NCBI GenBank assembly: GCA_025055755.1
Contig: JANWWF010000002.1
Location: 199,628-263,627, forward strand
Reading direction: 5' to 3'
DNA length: 64,000 bases
Source of the DNA: Candidatus Kapaibacterium sp.
GTDB lineage: Bacteria > Bacteroidota > Ignavibacteria > Kapaibacteriales > NICIL-2
A program made the translations under genes and the position numbers. Below the pieces are notes generated by a model. The model searched no databases. It was not told where the DNA came from and saw only the letters and a list, made by a program, of their open reading frames with translations. Below, piece after piece: positions 8,181 through 17,351 of the stretch; position 1 is the stretch's first letter; every line of letters begins with the position of its first letter.

Positions 8181-10100
8181 ATGTGCGGGATTGTAGGGAT
8201 TGTTGAGTACGCTGCCCAGGAACCGAGCATCACAGAAGAATTGCTTGAGGGGATGAGTTCCCTGCTGGCGCACCGTGGTCCTGATGATGCAGGAGTGTGG
8301 GTATCGCCTTCCCGTCGCTGTGGGTTTGGTTTTCGGCGCCTTGCAATTATTGACCTCACCCCTGCAGGACATCAACCAATGAGTACTCCTGATGGGCGGT
8401 TTACCATTGTATTCAATGGGGAAATTTACAATCATGCCGAGATTCGGCAAGAGCTCGAGGCACTCGGCTACCGCTACCGTTCACGGACAGATACGGAGAC
8501 TATCCTTTACGGTTACCAGCAATGGGGGAAAGATATTTTCCATCGCATGCACGGAATGTGGGCAGTGGCGATTTGGGATGAACAAAGCCAGGAACTCATT
8601 TGCGCTCGTGATCGCATTGGCAAAAAGCCCTTGTACTGGTGGCATCGTGATGGTCGTTTCCTGTTTGCATCAGAGATCAAGGCACTTTTCCAGCATCCCG
8701 CTGTTGAACGAGAGGTTGAATGGGAAGAATTGCCGATTTACTTATGTTTCTCGATGACTAGTCATCGCCGAACGCTCTTCCGCGATGTTTTTAAGCTCCC
8801 GGCTGCGCATCTTCTCCATGTAGATAAACGGGGGAATGTAACGTGCGAACGATACTGGTCTCCGCGCTACCGTCCAGAGTTACAACGCATATCAGTTGCC
8901 GATGCACAAACTGAAATTCTCCGTCTCCTGCGCCAGTCTGTAGCGGACCGCATGATGAGTGATGTGCCGTTTGGAGTTTTTCTCAGCGGTGGGCTTGATT
9001 CGAGCATCAATGTAGCTCTTATGGCTGAGCTAATGGATCGTCCTGTGGAGACCTTCACTGTAGGTTTCCGCGACTTGGATAGGTACAACGAGCATGAGTA
9101 CGCACGCCAGGTCAGCAAACTCTTCGGCACCAATCATCACGAAATACTCATCACTGATCAAGATGCCCTGCCACTTCTGGAAGAAATGGTCTGGCATGAG
9201 GACGAGCCGAATGGGGATCCGGTCTGCATTCCGTTGTATTTCCTGGCTCAGTTAACGCGCTCATCGGGCACGACAGTGATACAAGTCGGTGAGGGCAGTG
9301 ATGAGCAGTTTATTGGCTATCCCTGGATGGTGCGGGAATGGAGATTTGCACAAACAGGGTGGCGCTATTACCACTGGCTTCCCCAAGCACTGCGACAAGC
9401 GCTGTATATTATTGCGAAGCCATTTTTTCAGCAACGGGGCGCCTATCGCGCACTTGATTACATCCGGCGTGCCGCCGCGGGCGATCCGCTCTATTGGGGC
9501 GGTGCAGTTGACATTGTGCCAGTGTATCAGGAACTGTTGTTTACGCGGCGGTGGGCTGATGCCCCAACACAAACAAGGAGCTATGCGCGCTGGCTCAATG
9601 AGAGTGCTGCCTCGGTGATTCCGCATCCTTCGACGCTGCAACAGATGATGTGGCTGGAGTTCCAGCATCGGTTACCCGAGCTTCTTCTCATGCGTGTTGA
9701 CAAAATCACAATGGCGCACTCCATTGAGGCACGAGTTCCGTTTTTAGACTATCGGCTTGTTGAATTTACGCTGAACTTGCCCGATCAGGTGCGGATGCCG
9801 GATGGCAAAACTCCTAAGCTCTTGCTCAAAAAGACAGCAGAACGCATTTTACCCAAGCAAATCATCTACCGTAAAAAGCAGGGTTTTGCCGCACCTGTAG
9901 ATGAATGGATGCGGACGGTATGGTACGATTACGCAAAGCGTGTTATTCTCGATTCCTACTTTGTCCGAAGCGGAGTGTTTAGTCGTTTCGCTGTGCAGCA
10001 TCTTTTTTACCTGCACAAGCAGCAGCGCCAGCGACTGGGCAAAAGTCTGTATGCATTATTGAATCTTGCTTTGTGGCACCGACGGTTTTTTAATGGTTGA
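8181..10100 (+). CDS. asnB: Asparagine synthase (glutamine-hydrolysing)
   Basis: MCGIVGIV N-terminal Cys nucleophile, SGGLDSS PP-loop motif, 639 aa; GGAGG RBS upstream. Confidence 0.85.
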   Translation: MCGIVGIVEYAAQEPSITEELLEGMSSLLAHRGPDDAGVWVSPSRRCGFGFRRLAIIDLTPAGHQPMSTPDGRFTIVFNGEIYNHAEIRQELEALGYRYRSRTDTETILYGYQQWGKDIFHRMHGMWAVAIWDEQSQELICARDRIGKKPLYWWHRDGRFLFASEIKALFQHPAVEREVEWEELPIYLCFSMTSHRRTLFRDVFKLPAAHLLHVDKRGNVTCERYWSPRYRPELQRISVADAQTEILRLLRQSVADRMMSDVPFGVFLSGGLDSSINVALMAELMDRPVETFTVGFRDLDRYNEHEYARQVSKLFGTNHHEILITDQDALPLLEEMVWHEDEPNGDPVCIPLYFLAQLTRSSGTTVIQVGEGSDEQFIGYPWMVREWRFAQTGWRYYHWLPQALRQALYIIAKPFFQQRGAYRALDYIRRAAAGDPLYWGGAVDIVPVYQELLFTRRWADAPTQTRSYARWLNESAASVIPHPSTLQQMMWLEFQHRLPELLLMRVDKITMAHSIEARVPFLDYRLVEFTLNLPDQVRMPDGKTPKLLLKKTAERILPKQIIYRKKQGFAAPVDEWMRTVWYDYAKRVILDSYFVRSGVFSRFAVQHLFYLHKQQRQRLGKSLYALLNLALWHRRFFNG

Positions 10101-11929
10101 ACATAGCGCGAACTACCATGTACACAATTGAGCAGCGGGATGAGCAGCTACTCGGCACGCAAGCGAAAATTCGCTACCATTGCTTTTTTGATCGGGCGGC
10201 AGAGCATCTTCTCCGCGTGCGGATGGAGATAGACCTTGATGGAGGGGAAGACGACGTGCGATGTACCCTGCCTGCCTGGGCACCGGGAAGCTATAAAATT
10301 CGTGACTTTATTACGCATGTAGGGAATCTCCACGTGTATAACGACAGTGGGATGCTTCTCCCAGTTGAATGGATAGCCAAAAGTACATTTTGTTTCTATC
10401 CGCGTGGGGCGAAGATGGCTGCAGTGGAGTATGTCTTCTATGCAAATGAGCGTACTGTGCGGACAATGCACATTACGCGGTGGCGTGCCTTCCTTTTCCC
10501 TGTCAATTGTTTCTTCTACGTTGAAGGGCGGCAGCAGGAAGTCCACCACGTTATCCTTCACTTCGATCGCAGTCGTTGGCAGTCTCTGACGACTGCTCTG
10601 TCTCCTGTGACTGCGCTAAATGAGTCAGGAGGCCCCGTCATTCTTGGTGCACTCAACTACGATATTCTTGCTGACTCACCAACAGAGATTGGCAATCACC
10701 TTGTGCGATCATTCACTGCATGGGGCGCACGCCACGAGGTAGCTCTTGTTGCACCATATGCATTCGATATTGACTGGCTTGCAGAGCAGTGCCGGATTAT
10801 AGTTGAGACGGAGGCTGCAGTCTTTGGAGGGGTGCCATATGATCGCTATGTGTTTTTCGTGTATGCAGGGACAAACATAAGCGGCGGTTTAGAGCATGCT
10901 CGTTGTTCTGTGAATATGTGCGATGTGCAGGCACTGCATGATCCACAGAAGGCGAAATCCCTTCTTGCGCTCCTGTGTCATGAGTACTTCCATGTGTGGA
11001 ACATCAAACGCATTCGTCCACGGGAGTATGGACCATTTGACTACACAAAAGAAGTGCATTCACCGATGTTATGGCTTGCTGAAGGGTTCACGTCGTATTA
11101 TGATGACCTATTCGCATATCGCGCAGGTTTCTACACGCGAGAGGAGTATCTTGACTTGCTTGCACGTGACCATATAGGCAAGTTGCTCCAGGTACCAGGA
11201 CGCCGTGCAATGAGTGTGCGCCAATCCAGTTATTTAGCATGGGTGAAGCTTTATGCTCAGTCGCCAGATGGACAGAACCGATTTCCGTCATACTATCTCA
11301 AGGGGGGCGTTGTAGCTCTTCTTCTCGACTTAGCGATTATCGAAAGCACCGAAGGGCGCCGCCGCCTTGATGATGTGATGCGCGTGCTTTGGCAGCATTA
11401 TTGCCAGCGCCCAGAGATTGGTCTTACCGAGGAGGAAGTGCTTCAGGCAATTGAAGAGGTTTCGACAGCTGAAGTTCGGAAGAAGTTTTGGCAATGGATC
11501 GACAGCACTGACGAGCTTGACATCGCTTCTGCATTTGCACCGTTTGGCATTGATTGGCTAGAGCAACCGAAAGATACTCCGCAGGCTGGCAACACAACGC
11601 CTTACCTTGGGCTTCAGTTAAGGACAGAGGGAGGGCGACTCATAGTGAGTAGTGTTATGGAAGGATCCCCAGCTTCGAAGGCAGGCATTGCAGTGGATGA
11701 TGAATTGATAGCAGTCAATGGCAAACGTATCACTACTGAAGAAGAACTCCTTCGGGCATTTTCCTGGGGGGACAAGGTAACTGAAATCACCGCAAGCTGC
11801 GACGATCAATTGTACACGACAACGATTGAGTACATGCCAGCTATGGACTATCAATTGCGTGTGCGGCCAGTCTTAGGTGAGCGTCAACAAAAGCTCTTTC
11901 AGAGGTGGCTTGAACGCTCATTTGCATAA
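10097..11929 (+). CDS. M61-family glycyl aminopeptidase with C-terminal PDZ domain
   Basis: 610 aa; HEYFHVWN (HExxH) zinc motif in M61 context, C-terminal GLQL...GSPASKAGI..DDELIAVNG PDZ-like segment; ATGA overlap with asnB. Confidence 0.65.
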   Translation: MNIARTTMYTIEQRDEQLLGTQAKIRYHCFFDRAAEHLLRVRMEIDLDGGEDDVRCTLPAWAPGSYKIRDFITHVGNLHVYNDSGMLLPVEWIAKSTFCFYPRGAKMAAVEYVFYANERTVRTMHITRWRAFLFPVNCFFYVEGRQQEVHHVILHFDRSRWQSLTTALSPVTALNESGGPVILGALNYDILADSPTEIGNHLVRSFTAWGARHEVALVAPYAFDIDWLAEQCRIIVETEAAVFGGVPYDRYVFFVYAGTNISGGLEHARCSVNMCDVQALHDPQKAKSLLALLCHEYFHVWNIKRIRPREYGPFDYTKEVHSPMLWLAEGFTSYYDDLFAYRAGFYTREEYLDLLARDHIGKLLQVPGRRAMSVRQSSYLAWVKLYAQSPDGQNRFPSYYLKGGVVALLLDLAIIESTEGRRRLDDVMRVLWQHYCQRPEIGLTEEEVLQAIEEVSTAEVRKKFWQWIDSTDELDIASAFAPFGIDWLEQPKDTPQAGNTTPYLGLQLRTEGGRLIVSSVMEGSPASKAGIAVDDELIAVNGKRITTEEELLRAFSWGDKVTEITASCDDQLYTTTIEYMPAMDYQLRVRPVLGERQQKLFQRWLERSFA

Positions 11930-12002
11930 CCGATTGTAATTATCGCGCGGGAAGTGATATATTGCGATTAGCATGTGAAAACATTATTTCTGGAGTGCTA
12001 CC

Positions 12003-14039
12003 ATGATGCGAAGTCTGCGTGTGCTCAGCGTGGTTGTGTTTGTTCTCCCCTTTTGTGCATGGGCGACAACCAATGGTGAGCTACGGCTTATTCCACCACA
12101 GGAAAAACAGTTCTTTCGTGAAATCATTCATCCCTTACAACAGCATATTCCTCTGGTCCATCCGTTGGACAATACCGATGGAGTTGCATACAAAGTTTTT
12201 GATTCTCTTTTCAATGCATTCTCCTACTATGGCAGCAATCAAACGTGTGTGATGTGGGACCCTCAAACAAACGCATTCATTACTATTAAGCGGGGAGCGC
12301 TTGTCTCTCGTCCAGATAATCCCAGCCCAGATAAGAGCAACAACATTTTCATCGTGTGGACCACTGATAACGGTCAGTCATGGCAGCGTGTCGGTCCAGT
12401 TGTGGTGGGGAATCCCAGTGATGGATACCCACGCTATCCCGCGATAGCCTTAATTCGTTCTGATGTTAGTATTAACACATTGGATAATTCAATTTTCAAT
12501 TTCTATTGCCCACTCACCGATGGTAGCAGTTGGGCTGGAATGGTTGCGGGGTACCATATCAATGCACCAGGATCTGCACCGACAACAGTTGTGCTAAGGA
12601 ACCACATTGATCAGTCAACAGGCTATCGCTATACATTTGGCACAACATATTCAACTGCGTCGATTACTCGAGATGCCGAAAATGCTTTTGGTTTCGCTCT
12701 CAGCGGCTTAAGTGTCTCAGATGCCTCCGCGCCATATAGGGAAAACAATAATAATGCGATCATCAAAACAGATCTAAGCGCCACCGCTGTTGAAGTTTTC
12801 ACCTCGGAAATTCCCCCGCCCTTGCGAGCGGAGAATTTTGTTGACCCTCAGCAAGCAAATAGCCGGACAAACACGGAAGTTGCCTTCGACTTAGATTCCG
12901 AGGACAATCTCTATGCAGGTGTATTTGGATTATTTGCAGCGGCTGAAAATACTTCTCTTTTGACATTTGGTGTGACAAAATCCTCGGATAACGGGAAAAC
13001 ATGGAGTGATTGGAATATCCTTCCAACCTCAATCATTGAGGCATATGTGGCGGCAAACGGAGGCGATCCCACACAGTCAGGTTTCCGTTTCTCATGGGGC
13101 TGGTTGGGAGATGCCTCTGGCAACACTCGAGTGACTTCTGCAAAAGACTTCGTGGTTACTGGAAAAGATGAGTATAGTTTTGCTGCCCAGTTGGTTCTTA
13201 TTAGCGGACAATCTATCGTAGGGGTCCATTACGTTGAGGTGTACTACGAAAGAGGGCAATGGGGAATCCGCAAGATTGCTGATGCATCGCTGTTTGAAAC
13301 CAGTGAGCAAATGCGGTTCAACAATGGAGATAACTATGGCCCATCACAACTGGGATGTGAGTTACAGCTTGCACGAACGGCGGACTACAACGTGCTTTTG
13401 TTTAAAACATTAGAGGCTCGCTTTATAGTGTGGGGAGGAGATACGCTGTTGACGACAGATGTTGTTGTTAGCGTCCGGCCGAAAAATGGGAGCACATGGG
13501 AGCCACTTCGAAACGTGACGAGGAGTCGTATACTCGATCGTATTACCTGGATTCCTAAAGTCATCCCCTCGACAGCAGAGAATATTCCACTGCTTACAGT
13601 TCAATCTGCTTATCGCGGTTCTTCAGATCGCGAATATTACTGGGATAATCAATTTCTCCTGGCCGCGGCTTCTCAAGATCCAAGCCCAGAAGAGATTCTC
13701 CGCTATCGCCAGTATGTGACGTATTCGACATTCAACTACGAAGACCTACCGGAATGGAACCCTGCAACCTCGGTAGAAAAGCAGAGCAACAACGCTGCAG
13801 ACATAATGCTTCTCCCTAATCCTGCCAGCAACGATGTGACTTTTTACCGTTCGATTGCTTCGATGGATGCAACAATTGAAATTGTCAATTCGCTTGGCCA
13901 AGTGGTGTATCGCGCTGTTATCCCAGCAGGCGTATCCTACCATACATTCGATGTAACAGCAATGGCGCCTGGTGTCTATCATTGCCGCCTGCTGTATGGA
14001 CCCACGGTTAAAGTAGAACCGCTAAGTATTGTGCGTTAG
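12003..14039 (+). CDS. Secreted BNR/Asp-box repeat protein with T9SS C-terminal sorting domain (CTD)
   Basis: Signal peptide; Asp-box motifs TTDNGQSW, SSDNGKTW; C-terminus LLPNPASNDVTF...IEIVNSLGQVVYRAV...GVYHCRL matches Por_Secre_tail pattern. Confidence 0.7.
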   Translation: MMRSLRVLSVVVFVLPFCAWATTNGELRLIPPQEKQFFREIIHPLQQHIPLVHPLDNTDGVAYKVFDSLFNAFSYYGSNQTCVMWDPQTNAFITIKRGALVSRPDNPSPDKSNNIFIVWTTDNGQSWQRVGPVVVGNPSDGYPRYPAIALIRSDVSINTLDNSIFNFYCPLTDGSSWAGMVAGYHINAPGSAPTTVVLRNHIDQSTGYRYTFGTTYSTASITRDAENAFGFALSGLSVSDASAPYRENNNNAIIKTDLSATAVEVFTSEIPPPLRAENFVDPQQANSRTNTEVAFDLDSEDNLYAGVFGLFAAAENTSLLTFGVTKSSDNGKTWSDWNILPTSIIEAYVAANGGDPTQSGFRFSWGWLGDASGNTRVTSAKDFVVTGKDEYSFAAQLVLISGQSIVGVHYVEVYYERGQWGIRKIADASLFETSEQMRFNNGDNYGPSQLGCELQLARTADYNVLLFKTLEARFIVWGGDTLLTTDVVVSVRPKNGSTWEPLRNVTRSRILDRITWIPKVIPSTAENIPLLTVQSAYRGSSDREYYWDNQFLLAAASQDPSPEEILRYRQYVTYSTFNYEDLPEWNPATSVEKQSNNAADIMLLPNPASNDVTFYRSIASMDATIEIVNSLGQVVYRAVIPAGVSYHTFDVTAMAPGVYHCRLLYGPTVKVEPLSIVR

Positions 14040-14072
14040 AAATCAGCTTGTATCACTACCGAAAGAGATACA

Positions 14073-17000
14073 ATGAAAGTGCTTTCCATAGTGGTTGGAA
14101 TTGCTCTTGTCTTGAGTGCTGCATGGGCAGGAACTAATGGTAATCTTACAGGAACGGTAAAGGATAAAGACGGTAAACCAATTCAGGGCGCCACAATTCG
14201 TGTCATGGGGACCGTTCGTGGCGCTAAGGCTAAGAGTAATGGTGAATACCTCATCATCAACATACCAGCGGGGACCTACACGATCAAAGTCACAGCGGTC
14301 GGCTACAAAGAAAAGAATGTCGAGGCAACAATCCGTGCGGATCAAACAACTACCTTAAACATAGTTCTCGAGAGTGCTGAAGTCATGGGGAAAGAGGTAG
14401 TTGTTGAGTCTGCACGGCTCAAAATGGTGGACGACAAAGCAGTGGGAATAACAAGAGAGGTCTCTGGTGAACAAATACAACGCACCACTCGTGAAACTGC
14501 TCAACAAATAGCCCTCACGCAGGCGGGTGTGCTTGCAGCAGGCGGCGGTTTAGCAATCCGCGGAAGCCGTCCTTCGGACACACAAATCCGTATTGATGGA
14601 CAAGACGTTTCCGACCAAATTTCGGGGGGATTTGGTGTTGCCGCAGCAAAAGCAGGGATCGCATATGCTCCTACTGCCTCTGCGTTTGCAACAGAAGAGG
14701 TGCAGGTGCTCACGGGTAACTTCAGTGCTCAATATGGTAACGCGATGGGAGGAGTGGTCAATCAGGTAGTGAAAACTGGAAAAATTGATCGATATGAGGG
14801 ATTTCTCCGATGGAGAAGTGATGTCCCGTTTTTATTTGGGAAAGCAGGCAATGGTGTCCAAGCACTTGCTCCTTTGCAAAACACTTACGAGTTTGGAGTA
14901 GGAGGACCTATACCACTCTTAGATCGGTCGACGTTCTTTCTCACTACTCGTTATGTGACTGAGAAGTATCGGAGTTTTGGGCTTGATGTTCGTGATCGCG
15001 CCGGGAATTCAATAGGACAACTGCCAGATAATACATCTTCTATTCGCAACATCACAGGGCGCTTGGCATTCCAGTTTACCGATGACATCAAGCTAATCCT
15101 GGGAGGAACGTGGGGGCTCACGTCCTTGGCAATGGGGAACTGGGCCTGGTTGTATGCAAGAACTCCGGCGATGCTGTTACAGCCCAATCCAAACACTGGA
15201 CTAAATGACACACTCCTACTTTCCACTGTACCAGAAAATGTCGCAAAGGTTAATGCAGTCAACAATTTCATATACAGCTACTTTGCAAGAATCAACCATA
15301 TTCTCACCGAAACCAGCTTTTATGAGCTGACAGTGTCGTTCAACAATAATGTTGCGGAAGATGGGCGTCGTCGTATAGAGTTAGGGGAAGGATCGCTTCT
15401 TCGGAATGGTCAGCCTCTTGACCCATCGAAGGTCTCAACAGTAATGCCAAAAGATAACTTTTTCACAGGGTGGGATATTCTCAAACCAGTTGATGATTAT
15501 GTTCTGGATCGGACAAGCGGTCAGCAGGTACGTAAGACTGGTCCCCAGGGTGATAAGATCGTTGATTTCTACGCGGAAACGTATGGGAATGTGTATTTAG
15601 ACAATGACCCACGCCGCCCATTTTACACAACTGTCCCTAGTAACTTGACCGGATACGTTGAAGGTTCATCTGATGCTCTAAGCACACGGAATCCATATGG
15701 ACTACTGGGTATGTTTTATGCACGAGGTAACGATGAGGGAAGTAGTGGTACTCGAGGCTTTGAATTTACGAGTGCCAATTTCTGGCAAATTGATGGGAAC
15801 TATCAACTCAACCTTTTTGCGGGAGAGGTTCGTCACCTTCTGAAGGCGGGCATTGATGCTCGATTTTACACTGTTCGGCGTTATTACAACAGTCTTCCGT
15901 GGCTTGGCAATCCCTTTTACGATGTGTTTACTGACCAATGGGGCGGCGATATCTACAGCTTGACTCCTGAGGAACGGGCAGAGGGAAGCAAGCCAAAGCA
16001 TGCTGTTATCAGCGCTTTATACGTTGAAGATCAAATCTCCTACAAGGGAATCAATATCAATCCCGGGATGCGGATTGATGTGTTCAACCCCAGTACGACC
16101 TACCGTACCAATCCTGCCGATGCAGCATCACCGGACCGCAAGACTGCATCCATCAAAGTGCAGTTAAATCCGCGCATCTACATTTCTTACCCGATTGGTG
16201 AACGTTCATTTTTCTCAATCGCGTACGGGTGGTACACACAAATACCACGTTTTGAGTTGGTGTACAATAACACAGTCTCTGCTCTAACGCGGGGTAATAA
16301 CATCGTTGGTAATCCTGATCTCCGTCCAGAGAATGCCAAGCAGTATAACGTAGCATACAATGTTCAGCTCTCCGACGACTATGCGTTGGACGTCCAGGCA
16401 TTTTACAAGGACATTTATGGCTTGACAGGATTGGCATACGTACCCGATAATCGCTTCCCGTATGCGATAACATCGAATGGTGAATATGGTAATGCCCGTG
16501 GAATTGAAGTGACCTTCCGCAAGCGTCTGAGTGGGAATTTTGGTTTCAATGTGAACTATACTCTCTCCTTTGCACAAGGGACATCCTCGTCCTCTGGAGC
16601 AAACTATAATGTCATCATCAGCGGCGCTGATCCATATACCGGCAATCGTCTCTTTCCTCTTACTGAATATCCGCTTGATTATGATCGCCGCCATCGTTTC
16701 AACTACATTATTGATTTTGTCTGGGGTAAGGGGGAAGGCCCCTCGATTGGGGGAATTCATTTCTTAGAAAATGTTACGCTGAACTTTACAGGACTGTTCC
16801 AGACTGGGACTCCGTACACGAAACTCGATTTGCGCGGCAATCAGGTGGGGGACTTTAATGCAGAGCGTCGTCCGTCGGTCTGGACAATGGATATGCGCCT
16901 GCAGCGGGCAATACCACTTCGTGATCTCTTCGGCGAATCAATGGGGAATTCTGAACTCATTTTGTTCCTGGATGTCCTAAACTTACCCAATTTGACAGGT

Positions 17001-17315
17001 CCGATAAATGTTTATCCTCGTACAAGTGACCCAGATAATGATGGGGTAAGCCTGTATCGTCAAATTGGTGATTTCCCTCGCGGTCCATGGTATGCACGTC
17101 CCGATCCAACGAATCCGTCGACCATTGCGCAAAGTCAATATGACCGTGCTGGCAATCGCTTCTACACAAAAGAAGCAGATTTCAACAATGATGGTATTGT
17201 GACCCAGGAAGAACAATATCAATCATATATGCAATATGTGCGTGACGCAATGGCACGACGTCCGAATTATCAATTCCCGCGGCAAGTGTATTTCGGCGTC
17301 ATGCTTCGTTTTTAG
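14073..17315 (+). CDS. TonB-dependent outer-membrane receptor with N-terminal carboxypeptidase-regulatory-like domain
   Basis: 1080 aa; signal peptide, GTVKDKDGKPIQGATIRV...YTIKVTAVGYK CarbopepD_reg-like start, C-terminal beta-barrel ending in aromatic residue (MLRF). Confidence 0.65.
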   Translation: MKVLSIVVGIALVLSAAWAGTNGNLTGTVKDKDGKPIQGATIRVMGTVRGAKAKSNGEYLIINIPAGTYTIKVTAVGYKEKNVEATIRADQTTTLNIVLESAEVMGKEVVVESARLKMVDDKAVGITREVSGEQIQRTTRETAQQIALTQAGVLAAGGGLAIRGSRPSDTQIRIDGQDVSDQISGGFGVAAAKAGIAYAPTASAFATEEVQVLTGNFSAQYGNAMGGVVNQVVKTGKIDRYEGFLRWRSDVPFLFGKAGNGVQALAPLQNTYEFGVGGPIPLLDRSTFFLTTRYVTEKYRSFGLDVRDRAGNSIGQLPDNTSSIRNITGRLAFQFTDDIKLILGGTWGLTSLAMGNWAWLYARTPAMLLQPNPNTGLNDTLLLSTVPENVAKVNAVNNFIYSYFARINHILTETSFYELTVSFNNNVAEDGRRRIELGEGSLLRNGQPLDPSKVSTVMPKDNFFTGWDILKPVDDYVLDRTSGQQVRKTGPQGDKIVDFYAETYGNVYLDNDPRRPFYTTVPSNLTGYVEGSSDALSTRNPYGLLGMFYARGNDEGSSGTRGFEFTSANFWQIDGNYQLNLFAGEVRHLLKAGIDARFYTVRRYYNSLPWLGNPFYDVFTDQWGGDIYSLTPEERAEGSKPKHAVISALYVEDQISYKGININPGMRIDVFNPSTTYRTNPADAASPDRKTASIKVQLNPRIYISYPIGERSFFSIAYGWYTQIPRFELVYNNTVSALTRGNNIVGNPDLRPENAKQYNVAYNVQLSDDYALDVQAFYKDIYGLTGLAYVPDNRFPYAITSNGEYGNARGIEVTFRKRLSGNFGFNVNYTLSFAQGTSSSSGANYNVIISGADPYTGNRLFPLTEYPLDYDRRHRFNYIIDFVWGKGEGPSIGGIHFLENVTLNFTGLFQTGTPYTKLDLRGNQVGDFNAERRPSVWTMDMRLQRAIPLRDLFGESMGNSELILFLDVLNLPNLTGPINVYPRTSDPDNDGVSLYRQIGDFPRGPWYARPDPTNPSTIAQSQYDRAGNRFYTKEADFNNDGIVTQEEQYQSYMQYVRDAMARRPNYQFPRQVYFGVMLRF

Positions 17316-17351
17316 CGGGTTCATTATTGTAATGAATGTCCAACAAAATTT

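Noticed and set aside
16284-16760. 158-aa antisense ORF within the TonB-dependent receptor gene
   Set aside because: It is internal to a long supported CDS on the other strand and has no motifs.
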